Assembly: GCA_964658305.1 (NCBI GenBank) | Contig: OZ210885.1 | Coordinates: 13,392,001-13,456,000 of the forward strand | Direction: 5' to 3' | DNA length: 64,000 nucleotides | DNA from: Leptogorgia sarmentosa | Lineage: Eukaryota | Shown here: piece by piece, positions 63,250 through 64,000 of the stretch | How positions within the stretch are numbered: position 1 is the stretch's first letter | Layout of the letters: the number at the start of each line of letters is the position of its first letter | Position numbers and translations under genes: made by a program | The notes under the pieces: model-generated | What the model was told of the DNA's origin: nothing | Databases searched by the model: none | The model's input: only the letters and a program-made list of their open reading frames with translations

Positions 63250-64000
63250 AGTTCTATAGTGCCAGCGACATAAATAGAGCGCTTTGCGATTGTTTGTGAA
63301 AAATGTGGCTCTCTAAAAACCAAATTTACCTTAAATATTCCGTCCATTCATGCAGCATTTGCCTAGACGCTAAAGAGTATTTATGATCGGTATGTGTGTA
63401 GGTTCAAAACAGAATACTTGAAACTATATCTGATTTCGTTTGTTTTGTCTCGGGCTTAATAAACGCACAAACCCGTTTTAATACAAGCTACAAATTCTAT
63501 TTTCCTGGGATTGAATGTTTCAACCATTCTGTATGGCAAAGCGTCAAAATATAGTAGATATTCCGTGATCACAATGACACCGCGGGTCCGCGGGCAGTCC
63601 AAACAGTCATGTACAAATGTGTCAGTGCCGACACGCTTTACTTGTAAAGGAAGCTCATATAACTATCAGGCAGTAATCAATGCTTGAAATTATATTATTA
63701 TTGTAATCAACCTTATAACTTAAGATAGCTAACACTAAAACAGAAGAAGATATTTTAGACACAGTCACGAAATATGTTGCTTGAGACGTGATATGTTGCT
63801 ATACAAAGAAAAATCGTTTGCTCTGTTTCGACTTGCTGTTTCATATTTTTTAATATGAACGCCGAACGTGTAAATTTTTCAAACGACTTCATGAAAGCGA
63901 TTAAACGTTTTTTCCTGATCGTTCGAACGGTTTGTCAAGAATTTTATGACGATTTTGTCCGAACGTTTCAACGGCCAAATAGCAGCTCTGAACGATCTGC

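Overview
AT-rich, intron-containing animal genomic DNA. The repeat and protein repertoire suggests a cnidarian such as a coral (inference). Host genes: (1) a minus-strand multi-exon STAND gene (coiled coil, APAF1-type NB-ARC, helical domain, WD40; it probably continues off the left edge) with an upstream HEPN-like exon carrying RNEWAH; (2) a divergently oriented plus-strand gene encoding a signal peptide, 4 Ig domains, 7 tandem Ca-binding EGF exons and a TM exon with an in-frame TAA just before the TM helix; (3) a partly duplicated tRNA cluster (Trp, Glu, Gly, Leu). The most striking structure is a 12.3-kb DNA transposon (46994-59290) with ~370-420 bp TIRs, TAT..ATA ends and a perfect GATGGC 6-bp TSD (IS3EU-like). 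It carries two convergent spliced genes: a DDE integrase-type transposase and an intact UBZ-zinc-finger + HECT E3 ubiquitin ligase. The transposase is split by a very recent Bel/Pao LTR retrotransposon with identical LTRs. The window also holds a Kolobok-like THAP remnant, a tandem pair of hammerhead-ribozyme-like motifs, many MITE/foldback elements, and LINE, Penelope and Harbinger fragments. All calls were made by eye; no searches were run.
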